Origin: Felis catus
Lineage: Eukaryota
Length of the DNA: 64,000 bases
Direction of reading: 5' to 3'
Assembly (NCBI RefSeq): GCF_018350175.1
Contig: NC_058368.1
Span: 26,972,001-27,036,000, forward strand
Shown here: positions 37,476 to 49,741 of the stretch, in pieces
How positions within the stretch are numbered: the stretch's first letter is position 1
Layout: each line of letters opens with the position of its first letter
The notes under the pieces: model-generated
Told to the model about the DNA's origin: nothing
Databases searched by the model: none
The model's input: the letters and a program-made list of their open reading frames with translations, nothing else
Translations under genes and position numbers: made by a program

Positions 37476-39551
37476 AAAACTGCCTAACAAAAGAGTTGAA
37501 AACCTTAAGATTTTTTTTTGACCTTTGGCGCGTGCTTTTCTGTGGATTTACATTTTTCCATTGCGCGGACCATACCTTGTTTCATTTCTTCGTGGCGTAA
37601 CAATGTTTGCTTTGAAAACCAGGTTTCCTTTGTTTGCTTTGAAAAGTAATATTGTCATCACTGAACCATATCTGGTTACCAAAAAGTCCGGAGCCACAAA
37701 ACTAACTTGGCTCATAGCTGGTCAGGAGGAGAAGGCGCCCGTGGAAAAAAACAGCAGCAGAGAGCCCGTCTCTCCTCTTGCGGAGATTTCTTACTTGTGG
37801 GAGATAAACTTGACTCCAGAGACAAAAGATGATGCCATTTGTAAAATTCTTGCTGCCCAATTCCTGCCCTGGTCTCAGGGAGAGGCACATGACTCTGGCT
37901 GACACTGTGTTTAGCTCTTTCGAGCTCTCTGGGACACCTCACAGCAAGAGACTAACATCACGACGTGTGATTCCTAAAGTCCATATACTTTAGATTAGCG
38001 GTGATTAGAAAGGCCCAGTGAGCCAGAGCCAGAGATCCCTTAACATGCCAGCATTTAAGGGAAGCAGGGTCCTTTATAGGCATTGTACCAGGCTCGGAGC
38101 GATTGGCTGATCATTGCTTAACCAGTGGGAAAGGAGACACCATTTAGCTTCCTTATAGAAACAGAATTAAAGAATAAAATGCTTCCATCACTCTTTCTAA
38201 ATACCAGTCAGAAAAGTCTTAGCTTATCTTTTCCTGCCAAGGTCAAATGCTTTAGAATTACAACTTAATAATCAAGGAAGTCGGGACACACATCTCGAGG
38301 AATCACATTTGAATTCCTGAAATGCAAGAGAATGTTACCTTAGCTTTGTTGTCTCAAACAGAGTATTCAGTGGTGGCAGTCGGGCTGTCTCTTTCCCTTG
38401 TCCAAGTGGGTCTGTGCTTTCTTGGGGAGAATAATAGAGTCAGATCACTGTTCTTTTGTAGTTCTCTCATATGTGCTGCATTCATAGCAAGATGAAGCAG
38501 GGCAACTAAATAACTAATGTAAAAGTGTATTTCTTGCATAGATTTAAATAGAAGCTGCATATATAAAGAGAGAGACAGGGAGGGAGAATGACAGAGAAAG
38601 AGAGGCAGAAAAAGAGAGGAAGGTCGTGTGGTTTTTGAGGAACAATAAATTAGATAAATACGAATATAAAACAATCTAGAATCTTTAAGCGCATTTTTTT
38701 AAGTTGAGTTTCCTCCCAAACCTGCTACCAGGGTTACAGTGCAAAGGCAAACTTGACTGGCTTTGTTTAACCTTTGCATATACATTTGGTGTTTGTTGAG
38801 TTTCTACTAGTCAGGGGAGATACACAAGTGAGTAAAATAGTGCTCGTGCTCAGGTACCGACAGGTGATTTCCTCAGCATGGTGCATAGTGTTGCCCAGGA
38901 AGGAAGGAGCATACGTGTGATGGGCGTTCCCTGTCCTGTCCTTCCCGTCCTCCTGACTTGGAGGTATTGATGAAACAGAGATGTCAGAAGATGAAACTAG
39001 CCATCAGACATATACAGGGCTCAGTCCATAGAGGATAGATAGGTCAGGCCCGAATTCAGCATTCTGGGTCCTGGGGAGGATAGATACGCCATTCCTATTT
39101 GTGCAGAAGCATGTGTTACCTTCCATGCATGAAAAGTCCTTTGTATACATGTGATTTATGTAATTTAAAGGAGAGGCAAAGTAGGCACTTCCATTTGGGC
39201 AGTAGCAAAAGGAACATGAAAAATGGATCCCTAGAATCTTTTCCTGGTGTTCACAGCATTATTTAAAAGACCTAATGTGATGTCATGTATGATTTATGCT
39301 GTGTAGGTATTTTTCTACTGTGTTCAAAGCAGATAGGTATTAGAGTGTAATATATTATGTAGTTTCAAATATAAAAACTGCCTAGTGATGTGAAGAGATA
39401 AGGTGTTGTACTGCTGATCAGATAGCCCAGAATAGCTGTTTTCGGTGGCAAAGCTTATATTTGGACATTTTTATCCTAATGAAACATTCAGGAGTCTAAT
39501 TTCCTTTTTTCCTACTTGTACCTTGAAGATTTGGTCCAATTCTTCTTTCTT

Positions 39552-39554
<3 letters not shown>

Positions 39555-39591
<37 letters not shown>
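39555..39591. repeat. (TG)n microsatellite
   Basis: Direct reading. Confidence 0.95.
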
Positions 39592-39593
<2 letters not shown>

Positions 39594-40699
39594 CTTTTTT
39601 TCTTTCCTCTGCGTATTTATAGATGCTTAAAGTGCCACCACGAGTTTGAAGGGGAGAGTCTTGGATCCCATTTACACGGTGGTATCGCCTTCCTTCTGAC
39701 TTTGAGTAGAAGTGCCTCCCACTTTGTCTTGGGCTTTCGCTTTTGCGCAAAGCGAAACACAAGTATGTTAAAAATGCATTCACAGAGTGCTTTGTTGCCT
39801 ACTTGAAATGAATGTAAGAAGATTAAGAGTTTGAAGTGCTTTTAGGAACAGCAGAGTCGGCTGTCTCGCAACTCTTAATTTTCAGCTGAAGTTTGTGGTG
39901 ATGTCATGTCAAAAACAATCCTAACAGGTAGAATACAGAGCACTTACGTGGCTCCTGAGTGAGTTTTAGAAAATGGAAGCATTTAAATGAGAATCCCAGC
40001 TTTGCATTTACAGATGCTAGTTTCAGTCATGTTCTGGGCTTAAGTGGTAGGAGACAAGCCAGAGACCGTGAACAGTATCCCACCCAGAGAGAATTTCACA
40101 CCTGCTAGACTTCCAAGTGCCGAGTGTGGCTTCCCTCGAGTGATTTTCAAGATGCTTAAGTATAAAAAGCTACAAAACTGGTCTTAAAATGGGACAAAGC
40201 TGCCGTCTGGCAGGCCCAGGCTCTCGGTCGCTCTGCCAAGGCGGAGGCTGAGGGCCGTGTTGAGGGATCTTCCGCATAGTGATAGAGTTCTAGAACCTCA
40301 GCCGTTTCTTCAGATGGAGGAACAGTTTGGGGAAGGCTTGAAACTCAGGCACTGTGCCGATGCCCTAGGAAAGAGAACCTGTTTTGGCTCCTAGATTTTT
40401 CAGAGCCCTGTTTTATAATGATGTGATCCTCCCCAGCGGGTTTAGTGATTCTTTTAACGATTCAGATGAATATCGTCGTGTCTGTGTGAAGTTGAGAAGA
40501 CCATTCTGGGAGTCTTTTACCTGCAGACATGAGATTTGTAATGATTCTTATTTCCTTCAGCATTTGGGTAAATGTTGCCCAATATTTCTGAATCTCACAG
40601 TTTGAAGAGAATTCAACGATAGGTGGCTGGCTTCGTAACATACTACCTTTGTGATCTGGAATAAACGATTTAAGGATAAGTAAGGGTAAGAGCTGTAAG

Positions 40700-40830
40700 A
40701 GGAACATCGCCCACCTCATGAATTTCGGTTGTTATGATTGAATAGAAGATAGTATGTATAGAGTGCCTCTCTTTGTCTGGTATTTAAGATGCACCAACAA
40801 ACAGTATCTGCCACCATCATTATCACTGAA
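40700..40830 (+). mobile_element. MIR fragment
   Basis: ccacctcatg...gttgttatgattgaatagaagatagtatgtatagagtgcct. Confidence 0.6.
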
Positions 40831-41117
40831 ATTTTGAAATAATGATAATGGCCAGTCTTTACCTGACAATACGTGTTTCTTAAAATACTCCTCTACTCCT
40901 TTAAGGGACAGGGAGCTTATTGTGTCCCCAGGCAGGTCCGTGTTTGCCTCTTCAGAAATCCTTCCTTATATTGTTTTTCTGTCTTATACATTTCTTCCCC
41001 ATGGTCCCTTCTGTGCTCTTTCTTACCTGCGACTCTTAGGCCTTCTTCTATTTTCTTTGTGACAGACGTTCATCTGTTAGAAGTCAGAAGTTGTGTTCCT
41101 CCTACGTCTTTTTTAAC

Positions 41118-41232
41118 AGCTTATTATCCATATTTTGCCAAACAGAAAACTGACGGTCACAAAGGTTAATTAATTTCCTTTTGGTTATAGAGCTAAGAAG
41201 ATGTCAAAATAATGTGAACCCAATACCTTTTG
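41118..41232 (-). mobile_element. MIR fragment
   Basis: ttattatccatattttgccaaacagaaaactgacggtcacaaaggttaa...tgaaccca. Confidence 0.65.
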
Positions 41233-41499
41233 ATGAATTCTTCTCTAAGTTCCTTTTTGAATGTGGCCCCTAGTACTGAGCATAGTACCCCAGGTGTTGT
41301 CCGTCCGGCACAGAGTAGGTTGAGAGAGGGATTATTGTTTTCCTACTTTGGGACCCTATTAGTTTCTGTTCTTTCATGTTCTGCAACTGACATATGTTTA
41401 GTGAATACTGAATGAACCCAACGTAGTAGCAGAGGTGCTGCAATCATGTAGCCGTGGGTATAGCAGCATCCCCACCCTTAAGGAACTTATGTCCTAGTG

Positions 41500-42445
41500 T
41501 CCTTATGTCCGAGCTAGTTTCAGGGTCCAGAGCAATTGAACATGCAGGAGCCCTTGTTCAGAAAAGCAGAGGAAATGGGTCCATTAAAGGTGTAAAATAT
41601 AAAGTTTCCTTTTTCTTTCTTCTGTGGTGTCTTGACTTAAGTTGTTTTTTTTCCCCTTGCTGTTTAATGTCATTCTAAATAAAGAAAAATTAAAAATTTA
41701 AATTATTAGCATGAACTTTACCATTCATCTTCATATTGTGCAATGCTGGTTTTGAGGCAGATATAAGGGCACTAAACTCATAGGCAGAATCAATGAAATT
41801 ACATGATTCATATGTATTCCATTCTTATTAGAACAGTGGAAACACTGCACAAAACTGCCTCAGTTGTTTTTATTTCATTTCTTGCTATGTGCAAATTCTA
41901 CCTACAGTGTCTACTTACTGATAAATAAGGAAGAACTGAAAGGAAAACAAACCATGGGTTACCTTCTCTTTCTGTGGCTCTATTTTCAGCATAAATGGTT
42001 GGTTAACATTTAGAACACTATGGCCTTCTTTCTGCAATCAAATCAAGTTCTGGTTCAAATGGAAAGAGCATGGCCTTTCGGGGCTGTCAGTGGGTCTGCT
42101 TGCTCACTACTTAGTCGTAAACATAATATGCCTACTTGGTACTTGCTTTGAATCTTGCTAACCTGCCCCACATTGTGGGTCCCTGGAAGTCTGTCATTGT
42201 GGGGGCTTGGAGAAAGCTGCATGCAGTGAGGTGGAGAGGACTGTGGTCGTACACGTTGTGTATACTCCTCTGCTCATGCACATGCTCCATTGTCTCATCA
42301 GATGTCACTAACACGTGGTTTCAGAGATAAAATTATTCCGAATTTGAAGATGTTGACAGAAGGGCATTAAACTGAGTGTGGGCCCTTTAGAGAGTAGGGC
42401 TGTGTTTGACTTCACAGGTCACACACATCCATAAGGATAACTCTG
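41500..42445 (-). mobile_element. MER45B-like hAT-Tip100 DNA transposon
   Basis: cagggtccag...catgcaggagcccttgttcagaaaagcag at one end; aatttgaagatg...gcattaaactgagtgtgggcccttt...tgtgtttgacttcacaggtcacac at the other. Confidence 0.8.
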
Positions 42446-42595
42446 CCTTCTGGAGAAGCAGATAAACCTAATCCAAGGCGTTTGGAAGCTGAGACAGCTC
42501 TACAGACTTGGGCACCTGGCAAGACAGGGGAGTTTCAAGGGGAAGATGATGTATGAGTAGCTACAGCGAGAAGGTGTTGAAAGAGAGAGGCACTG

Positions 42596-42800
42596 ATTGT
42601 ATTGTGTATTTGAAGGTTGTTAAGAGAGTAGATCTTAAAAGTTCTCATCACAAGAAAAAAGAAATTGTCACTTGTGTGGTGATGGATGTTAACTAAACTT
42701 ATTTTGGTGATCATTTCACAATAGGTACACACATCAAATCATTATATTGCATACCTGAAACGAATATCATGTTATATGTTAGTTATATCTCAATAAAAAG
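42596..42800 (+). mobile_element. L1MA-like 3' end, 5'-truncated
   Basis: taagagagtagatcttaaaagttctcatcacaag...gtgatggatgttaacta...ttatatctcaataaa; TSD-like aagagagaggca flanks. Confidence 0.9.
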
Positions 42801-45009
42801 AGAGAGAGGCATTGAAAGGGTTTCTACATGAGGGAAAACTTGTGCTAAGGCATGGAGGGATGGAAGTACAGAACTCAGGTTTAGGCAGCATCTGTATTCC
42901 AGGGTGGCCTGAACAAAGTGAACATGGAGGGTTAATAGAACATTTACTCTGTGTGGCATGAGAATAATTGAATAACATCCTTGCTTCTTTATTCTCATTT
43001 ATATTGCATAGGGTCTATAAATCTGCAAACATAGTCCTAAGAGAAACATCAGATTTATATACGTGATTTTTCAATAATAATATAAGTAATTTATATTAAC
43101 TTTAGACAGTTTCCCCCCAAAATGAAACACTATTAATTCCCTGTCTTGCTTTTAGAATGATTACAGTTAGAGATATAAATCTTGATTTTTTTCAACTGTA
43201 TCTGCTTGAAGAAAGGATTAGGTGAACACGATACCAGCTTCTTTCTTTAGATGTGAAAATTCCACTGAGTTTTAAAATATTACCTTTATCTTGTCTCACA
43301 GATATCGTTTGAGTTCTCATACCTTCTCCAGAAACCTGAGACGGGAGCTCCGAACTGGGCAAGAGACTTACTCATCTGGACAGCCTATGGGTTAGGATAT
43401 AGTATGGTCCGTTGAGTCCATGGCCAAAGGGTGTAGGAAGCCCTTTTAGGATTCTAACTTGTCTCTCAGAGTTTTGGCTGCACAGTTGCATGTTTTGAGG
43501 TAAAGCTGCATTTGGGTTTTCTGGCAGTTGCTGCTTTGGATTCCCTATGTTGAAGTGGGGGCTTAAGTCAGGCGCTTCTCTATGAATGCCTTAGGACTTG
43601 GTGCATCATAGTTTCCACTCCTTTCACTTGTGATTTTCCCTATATCTCATAGCTTCCCAGTCACTGTGTCATTACCATTGATTTGGAGATGATTCAGGGG
43701 GAGGCTGAATGCTCAGTCACTGCATTGAACAGCTCCAGCTCCTAGCAAGACAAAGTCATAGAAATCAAGGCCCAGACTTAACCCTGAACATATGAGTGCT
43801 GATGTGTATATGTGCACGTGTGTGTGAATGCGTGCATACTTCTGTGTGCATTCACTTCTGGGTGAATCTCTACAATTCAATAGGAAGTATGACACAGTTA
43901 TCACTGCTGAAGGACATCTGACTTCCTAAGGCAGAGGCTTAGGGGTCTTGGTGAAAGCCAATATCAGGAAGGGTGACTAAGCTCCAGATCTTTATGGAAG
44001 GGTGGCCAGTGGGAAGTTAAATGCTAATTATCTTACATATAGATCAGCTTAGAAATAGATCCTGAGCCTTCAGGAGGAGGCAGAGAAGGGTAGTGGTAGG
44101 AAGAAGAAATCAGGGGCTAACAACGACGTTTTCCTGTGCACGCAATATTTCTTCATTAATTCATTGCATCCATTGTAGAAGATCTCAACATAGTTTTACA
44201 GTGTCTCCATAGAGGTCTTGTGCATTCTGAAGTTAATTTAAAGATATTTTATTTTATTGTATCTGTCTTATTTTCTTTCATATTTTCTACTTGATGCTAC
44301 TTTTGTAGGATAATATTGTGGAGTTTTATAAGCCAATCTTGAGTTTAACTACCTTGCTCTCATTTCTTACTCTTTATTTTAATCTATGTATTGATTCTGT
44401 TACTTCTTATCTATTGCTTTTTTTATGTTGATGCTCACACTTTCTATTTATCTATTGATTGTGGTAATTTTTGTATGTTGATAATCATAAGTTCTGATAA
44501 CCAGTTTTTTCTCTCCTTCAGTCATATGCCTCTGATGCCTTCTTCTTGTCTCAGAGCATGGGCCTGAAGTGGCGAGAGCAAGTAGCATTCTATGTTTAAA
44601 GTTTTTCAGTTAATGGTGCTTGCTGTTAATTTTGGTATACAATCTTACGAAGTTACCTTCATTCTTAGTAGTCTGAGAATTTTTTTTATGTGAATCATTG
44701 TTAAACTTTTCCAGATATTATTTCTGCATTTGAGATAATTGTATGATTTTATCATTTAATCTATGAATGTGATAGATTACTGTAATAGATTTTCTGATGT
44801 CAAACTATCCTAGAATTATCAGGATATTTGTTTTACAGGCATATAATATATCTGGACATCAGGATAAACTCTATCTGGTCATGATTACTCCTCTTCCTTA
44901 TTTCTTTTAATACTCTGTTAGATTTGATTGGCTAATTTTTGCTTTAGGATACTTGCATTTGTGTTGATTAGTGGATTTTCTTGCATTGTGCTTATCAGGT
45001 TTTATATTT

Positions 45010-45455
45010 TTAAATATAATTTTTAATATAATTTTTTTTAACGTTTATTTATTTTTGAGACAGAGAGAGACAGAGCACGAACAGGGGAGGGGCAGAGAGA
45101 GAGGGAGAAACAGAATCTGAAACAGGCTCCAGGCTCTGAGCGGTCAGCACAGAGCCCAACGCGGGGCTCGAACTCACAGACTGTGAGATCATGACCTGAG
45201 CCGAAGTCGGACGCTTAACCGACCGAGCCACCCAGGTGCCCCTAATATAATTTTTTAAAGATTTATTATTTATTTTGAGAGAGAGCTAGAGAGCAAGTGG
45301 GGGAGGGACAGAGAGAGAGGGAGACAGAATCCCAAGCAGACTCTACACTGTTAGTGCAGAGCCCGGTGCGGGTCTCAAACCCACGAACTGTGAGATCATG
45401 ACCTGAGCCAAAACCAAGAGTTGTATCCTTAACCGACTGAGCACCCAGGTGCCCC
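45010..45455 (-). mobile_element. Older CAN-SINE whose tail hosts a younger SINE
   Basis: Head end gcacccaggtgcccc at 45455; TSD atcag(g/a)tttta at 44994 and 45456. Confidence 0.9.
45038..45242 (-). mobile_element. Felid CAN-SINE (SINEC_Fc family) inserted in the tail of another SINE
   Basis: gaagtcggacgcttaaccgaccgagccacccaggtgcccc; TSD taatataatttttt. Confidence 0.95.
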
Positions 45456-45764
45456 ATCAGATTTTACGTTTAAGATACCAGTGTTTTCATCCTACATGTT
45501 GGGCAACTTTTCTTCTTTTCCTATATACCTTAACAACTTACGTCAGAATTTTCTGTTCCTTGACAGTGGAGCTCGTTGGTTAAATTATCTGTTCTTTTTT
45601 GTTGTAGAAGAGATTTTTAAAAATTATTGTTGTATTCTATCATTAAATGCTTATTAAATCAAGGTTTCTACTTCATCTTAATTTTGACATTTAATATTTT
45701 CAAGAGAGTTTGACAATTATCCTTTTCTCATCTAAATTTTTCTGGCTTTAGTTGTGATTTTATG

Positions 45765-46322
45765 TATTTATTTGAGGTTTAATTGGCGTGTAACATTACT
45801 TAGTTTCAGGTGTACAGCATAATGATTTGATATTTGTCTATCCTGCAGAATGGTCCCCACAGTAAGTCTAGTTAACAGTCGTTTCCCTACAGAGAGGTAC
45901 ACATTTTCTTTCTTGCAGTGAGAACTTTGAAGATCTGCTATCTTAGCAACTATCAAATATACAGTATTCTTTTTTTTTTAATTTTTTTTTCAACGTTTAT
46001 TTATTTTTGGGACAGAGAGAGACAGAGCATGAACGGGGGAGGGGCAGAGAGAGAGGGAGACACAGAATCGGAAACAGGCTCCAGGCTCTGAGCCATCAGC
46101 CCAGAGCCTGACGCGGGGCTTGAACTCACGGACCGCAAGATCGTGACCTGGCTGAAGTCGGACGCTTAACCAACTGCGCCACCCAGGCGCCCCATCAAAT
46201 ATACAGTATTCTTAACTACAGTCACTATGCGATTGTACATTTCATCCCCAGGACCCATTTATTTTATAACTGGAAATTTGTAACTTATGACTACCTTTAC
46301 CCATTTTGCCCACCCCATCCCT
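45765..46322 (-). mobile_element. L1MA-like 3' end
   Basis: tttatttgagg...taacattacttagtttcaggtgtacagcataatgatttgatattt; tattttataactggaaatttgta. Confidence 0.88.
45972..46193 (-). mobile_element. Young felid SINEC_Fc-type SINE
   Basis: actgcgccacccaggcgcccc end; perfect 20-bp TSD atcaaatatacagtattctt (45952-45971, 46194-46213). Confidence 0.97.
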
Positions 46323-48208
46323 ATTCTTTTTGTTAATCTGTGAGTTCTTTCGTGTTCAGATTTGCCTGAGATATCGTTAATTTAGGCATCTTTTCAAAGA
46401 ACCAGTTTTGGTTTTGTTAATTGTCTTCTTTCCCTTTTTCTGCTTCCATCTTCCTCCTCCATCTTCTCCTCCACTTACAAGTGTTTTTGCACTGAATTTT
46501 GCCCTTATCATTCTTACTTCCTTTTTGCGTTCTTCATTTCGTTACTTACTCTTTTCAGATTCTTGTGTTGAATGTTTAATTTGTTTGCTTTCAGTATTTC
46601 TTGTTTGCTTAAAAACATATTGAAAATTATAATTTCCCTTAAGATTTCCTCTATCACAGTTATTCAGTGGTGTGTTATTTATTTTCCAGATATAGATTTG
46701 TTTTGTTTTGTTTTGAGCTCCTCCTTTATTATCAGTTTCTGATTTTATTACATTTTATGGTCACAGAACATTTTCTATATGATGTTTATCCTTTGGAATT
46801 TATTGTTTCTTGTAGCCTATTACAAAATCAATTTTTGAGAAGGTCCTAATGAACATTTCTCTGTTTTCATGCAGCATCTTATCTAAACTTATTAACTTCA
46901 GTTTATTCACTGTGGTACTGTTTGTATTGTTTTGCTCCCTTATTGTTTGCTTGATGTATCAGTTTCTGAGAGTGTGTGTTAATATCACGGTTATGATTTT
47001 AGATTTATCCACTTCTGTTCATATTTTCCATCTATTATTTTGTATATTCGGAGGCAGAACTATTAGGTGCATTTATGTACATGATGGATTTATGGCTTAA
47101 CCTACTGTTCCTTTTACTAATATGTAATTTGTCTCTTACGATTTTTCCCTGAATTCTTCTTTCTGTCAAATATTAAGATTGCTATGCTGGCTTTCTTTTG
47201 GTTCATACCCTTTTGTTTCTAGAGCGTTATATCCCTTTTTAAAAATTGTGATTCTTACAGACAAGATATTGCTTTTGCTTTTTTGGTGAGGAGGATAAAA
47301 CTAACACATATAAACTGTGCTGATTTTGTGTGTGTTTTGATGGATTTGCTACATGTATATACCTGTGTAACTACTACTCCAATCAAACAAAGGGTAGAGA
47401 ATTCCAGTCACCAGAATGATCCCTCGTGCTTCTTCCCAGTCACTTTACACACCCTTCTGTGAGGCACAGATACAATCACTTTTCTGGTATCTGTCAATGT
47501 ACCAGAATTGGACCTGTTGTGAAACCGCATATCACTGAAATTATGCATTATGTGCTCATATGTCTGGCTTCTTTTGAGACTTCTCCAAATTGTTGTTGGG
47601 ATCAGCAGCTCGTCTTTTTTTTTTTTTTTTTTTCTCATTGCTGTGCAGTATTTGGTTGCATGGGCATACCACACTTTGTTTATCCATCAATCTGTTGATG
47701 GGATTTTTAGTTGTTCTGATTAATTGGCTTTATAAATACAGCTGTAAGAAACGTGTGCAATGCCTTTTAGCGGGGGAGGAAAGGAAGAAATGCATAAATA
47801 CCTAGGAATGGATTTTTGGGTCGTGACATAGGTTTATAAGAAACTGCGAAATGGTTTTCTGAGGTAGTCATACCATTTTATGTTCCCATCAGTGATATCT
47901 GAGAGTTCTAGGTGCTCACGGGGTCAGTCAGATTTACTTACCAATCTAATAGGTAGGTCTCCTTGTGGTTTTAATTTCTATTTCTTGGATAACTAATGAT
48001 GTCTAATAGAACATCCTTACCTGTGGTAATTAACATTTGTATCTTGTGTGAGGTTCTGTTTAATTTTTTGTCCATTTTTTATTGTATTGTCTATTCCTTT
48101 ATCATTTGAATTACGGAATTGTAAAATATATTTTGTATATAAGATCTTTGTTAGGTATGTATATTTTGAATATTTTTTTTTCCTATCCATGGCTTGCCTT
48201 TTCATTTT

Positions 48209-48429
48209 TTTTTTTTTTTTTACAAATTTTTAAAGTATTTATTTTGAGAAAGACAGAGGGAGAGAGCAGGGGAGGGGCAGGGAGAGAGAGGGAGAGAGAG
48301 AATCCCAAGCAGCCTCCATGTTGCCAGCATAGAGCCCGACGTGGGGATAGAACTCACAAACTCTGAGATCATGACCTGAGCCAAAACCAAGAGTTGGATG
48401 CTTAACTGACTGAGACACCCAGGTGTCCC
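48209..48429 (-). mobile_element. CAN-SINE (SINEC)
   Basis: TSD ttg(c/a)cttttcatttt; canonical body. Confidence 0.95.
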
Positions 48430-48501
48430 TTGACTTTTCATTTTCTTAATGCTATCTTTTGAGTAGCAGAACTTTTAATTTTGATGAGGCCAGTATATGA
48501 A

Positions 48502-48597
48502 TTTTTTTAATTAAGCTCTAGGCCCAATATGAGGTTTGAACACATGACCCAAGATCAAGAGTCACGTGCTCTATCAACTGAGCCAGCCAGGCACCCC
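48502..48597 (-). mobile_element. Short old-type CAN-SINE (tRNA-like head only)
   Basis: agatcaagagtcacgtgctctatcaactgagccagccaggcacccc; TSD cca(gt/ac)atatgaa. Confidence 0.85.
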
Positions 48598-49035
48598 CAA
48601 CATATGAAAACTTTGCCTAGCCCTTATTGGTTTTGTGTACAGAAAGTTTTCTGTCATCATAAGGACATGAAGGTCTTCTCCTGTATTTTTTAGCTAGGAG
48701 CATTGCAGTTTCAGTTTTTATATTTAGGTCTATGAAACATCTTGGATTACTTTTTCTATATGTTTGGAAGCTCATTTATTCATTACGGATTTATAGTTGT
48801 TTAAACATCATTTGTTAAAAGCATTCTACTTTCTCCGTTGAATTATTTTGGTACCTTAATTGGAAGTTACTTGGCCACGTATGTCCACACTTATTTCTCA
48901 ATTCTTTATTCAATTCATTGATTTATTTATGCTTAAATCAGTACCTTATTTTCTTGATCACTGTAGCTTTTTTAAAAAAAAATTAAAATCAGTTTCTATA
49001 AATTCTTCAACTTTGTTCTTTCTAAAGATTGTTTT

Positions 49036-49231
49036 GGGGTGTCTGGATGGCTCAGTCGATTAAGCATCTGACTTCGGTTCAGGTCATGATCTCTCAGTTT
49101 GTGAGTTCGAGCCCCATGATGGGTTCTGGTGCTGACAGCTTGGAGCCTGGAGCTTGCTTTGGATTCCGGGTCTCCCTCTCTCTCTCAAAAATAAATAAAC
49201 ATTAAAAATTTTTTTAAATAAAATAAAAAAA
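49036..49231 (+). mobile_element. CAN-SINE (SINEC_Fc family)
   Basis: TSD taaagattgtttt (49023-49035, 49232-49244). Confidence 0.95.
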
Positions 49232-49650
49232 TAAAGATTGTTTTAATGACTATAAATCCATATATTTTCTTACAAGTTTTAGAATCAGCTGTCAGTTGCC
49301 ACAAAAATTCTGCTGAGATTTTGATTGGGATGGCATTGAATCTATAGATCAACTTTGGGGAATCTGACAGCTTAATGTTATTTGGACATCCAGTTCATGA
49401 GTGTGCAACATGAAATATCTCTTCATTATGTAGGTCCTTAATATTCTCTAATATTTTGTGGTTTTCAATATGGAACTCTTGCATATTTTCTCATTATATT
49501 TATACCTGAGTATTAATGTTTTATGATGCCATTATGAGTGTTATTTCAAATTTCATTTCCAGTTATTCATCACTGGTACATACAGTTGATTTTTATGTAG
49601 TGACTGTCTATCATCTCACCTTGCTAAATGAATGTTTGAGTTACAGTAGT

Positions 49651-49678
49651 TGTGTGTGTGTGTGTGTGTGTGTGTGTG
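49651..49678. repeat. (TG)n microsatellite
   Basis: Direct reading. Confidence 0.9.
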
Positions 49679-49741
49679 AAGTAAAATGGTTTCTTTTTCT
49701 GTAAACAACATGCTTGTTTATAGAGAAAATCTTAAGGAACC

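Larger units (their letters stand above)
44150..47285 (-). mobile_element. Very old L1 (L1ME-like) ORF2, outer layer of the nested L1 block
   Basis: tattttctgcatttgagataattgtatgatttt; ttttcaaagaaccagttttgg; tattaagattgctatgctggctttcttttgg; resumes at about 58435. Confidence 0.75.
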
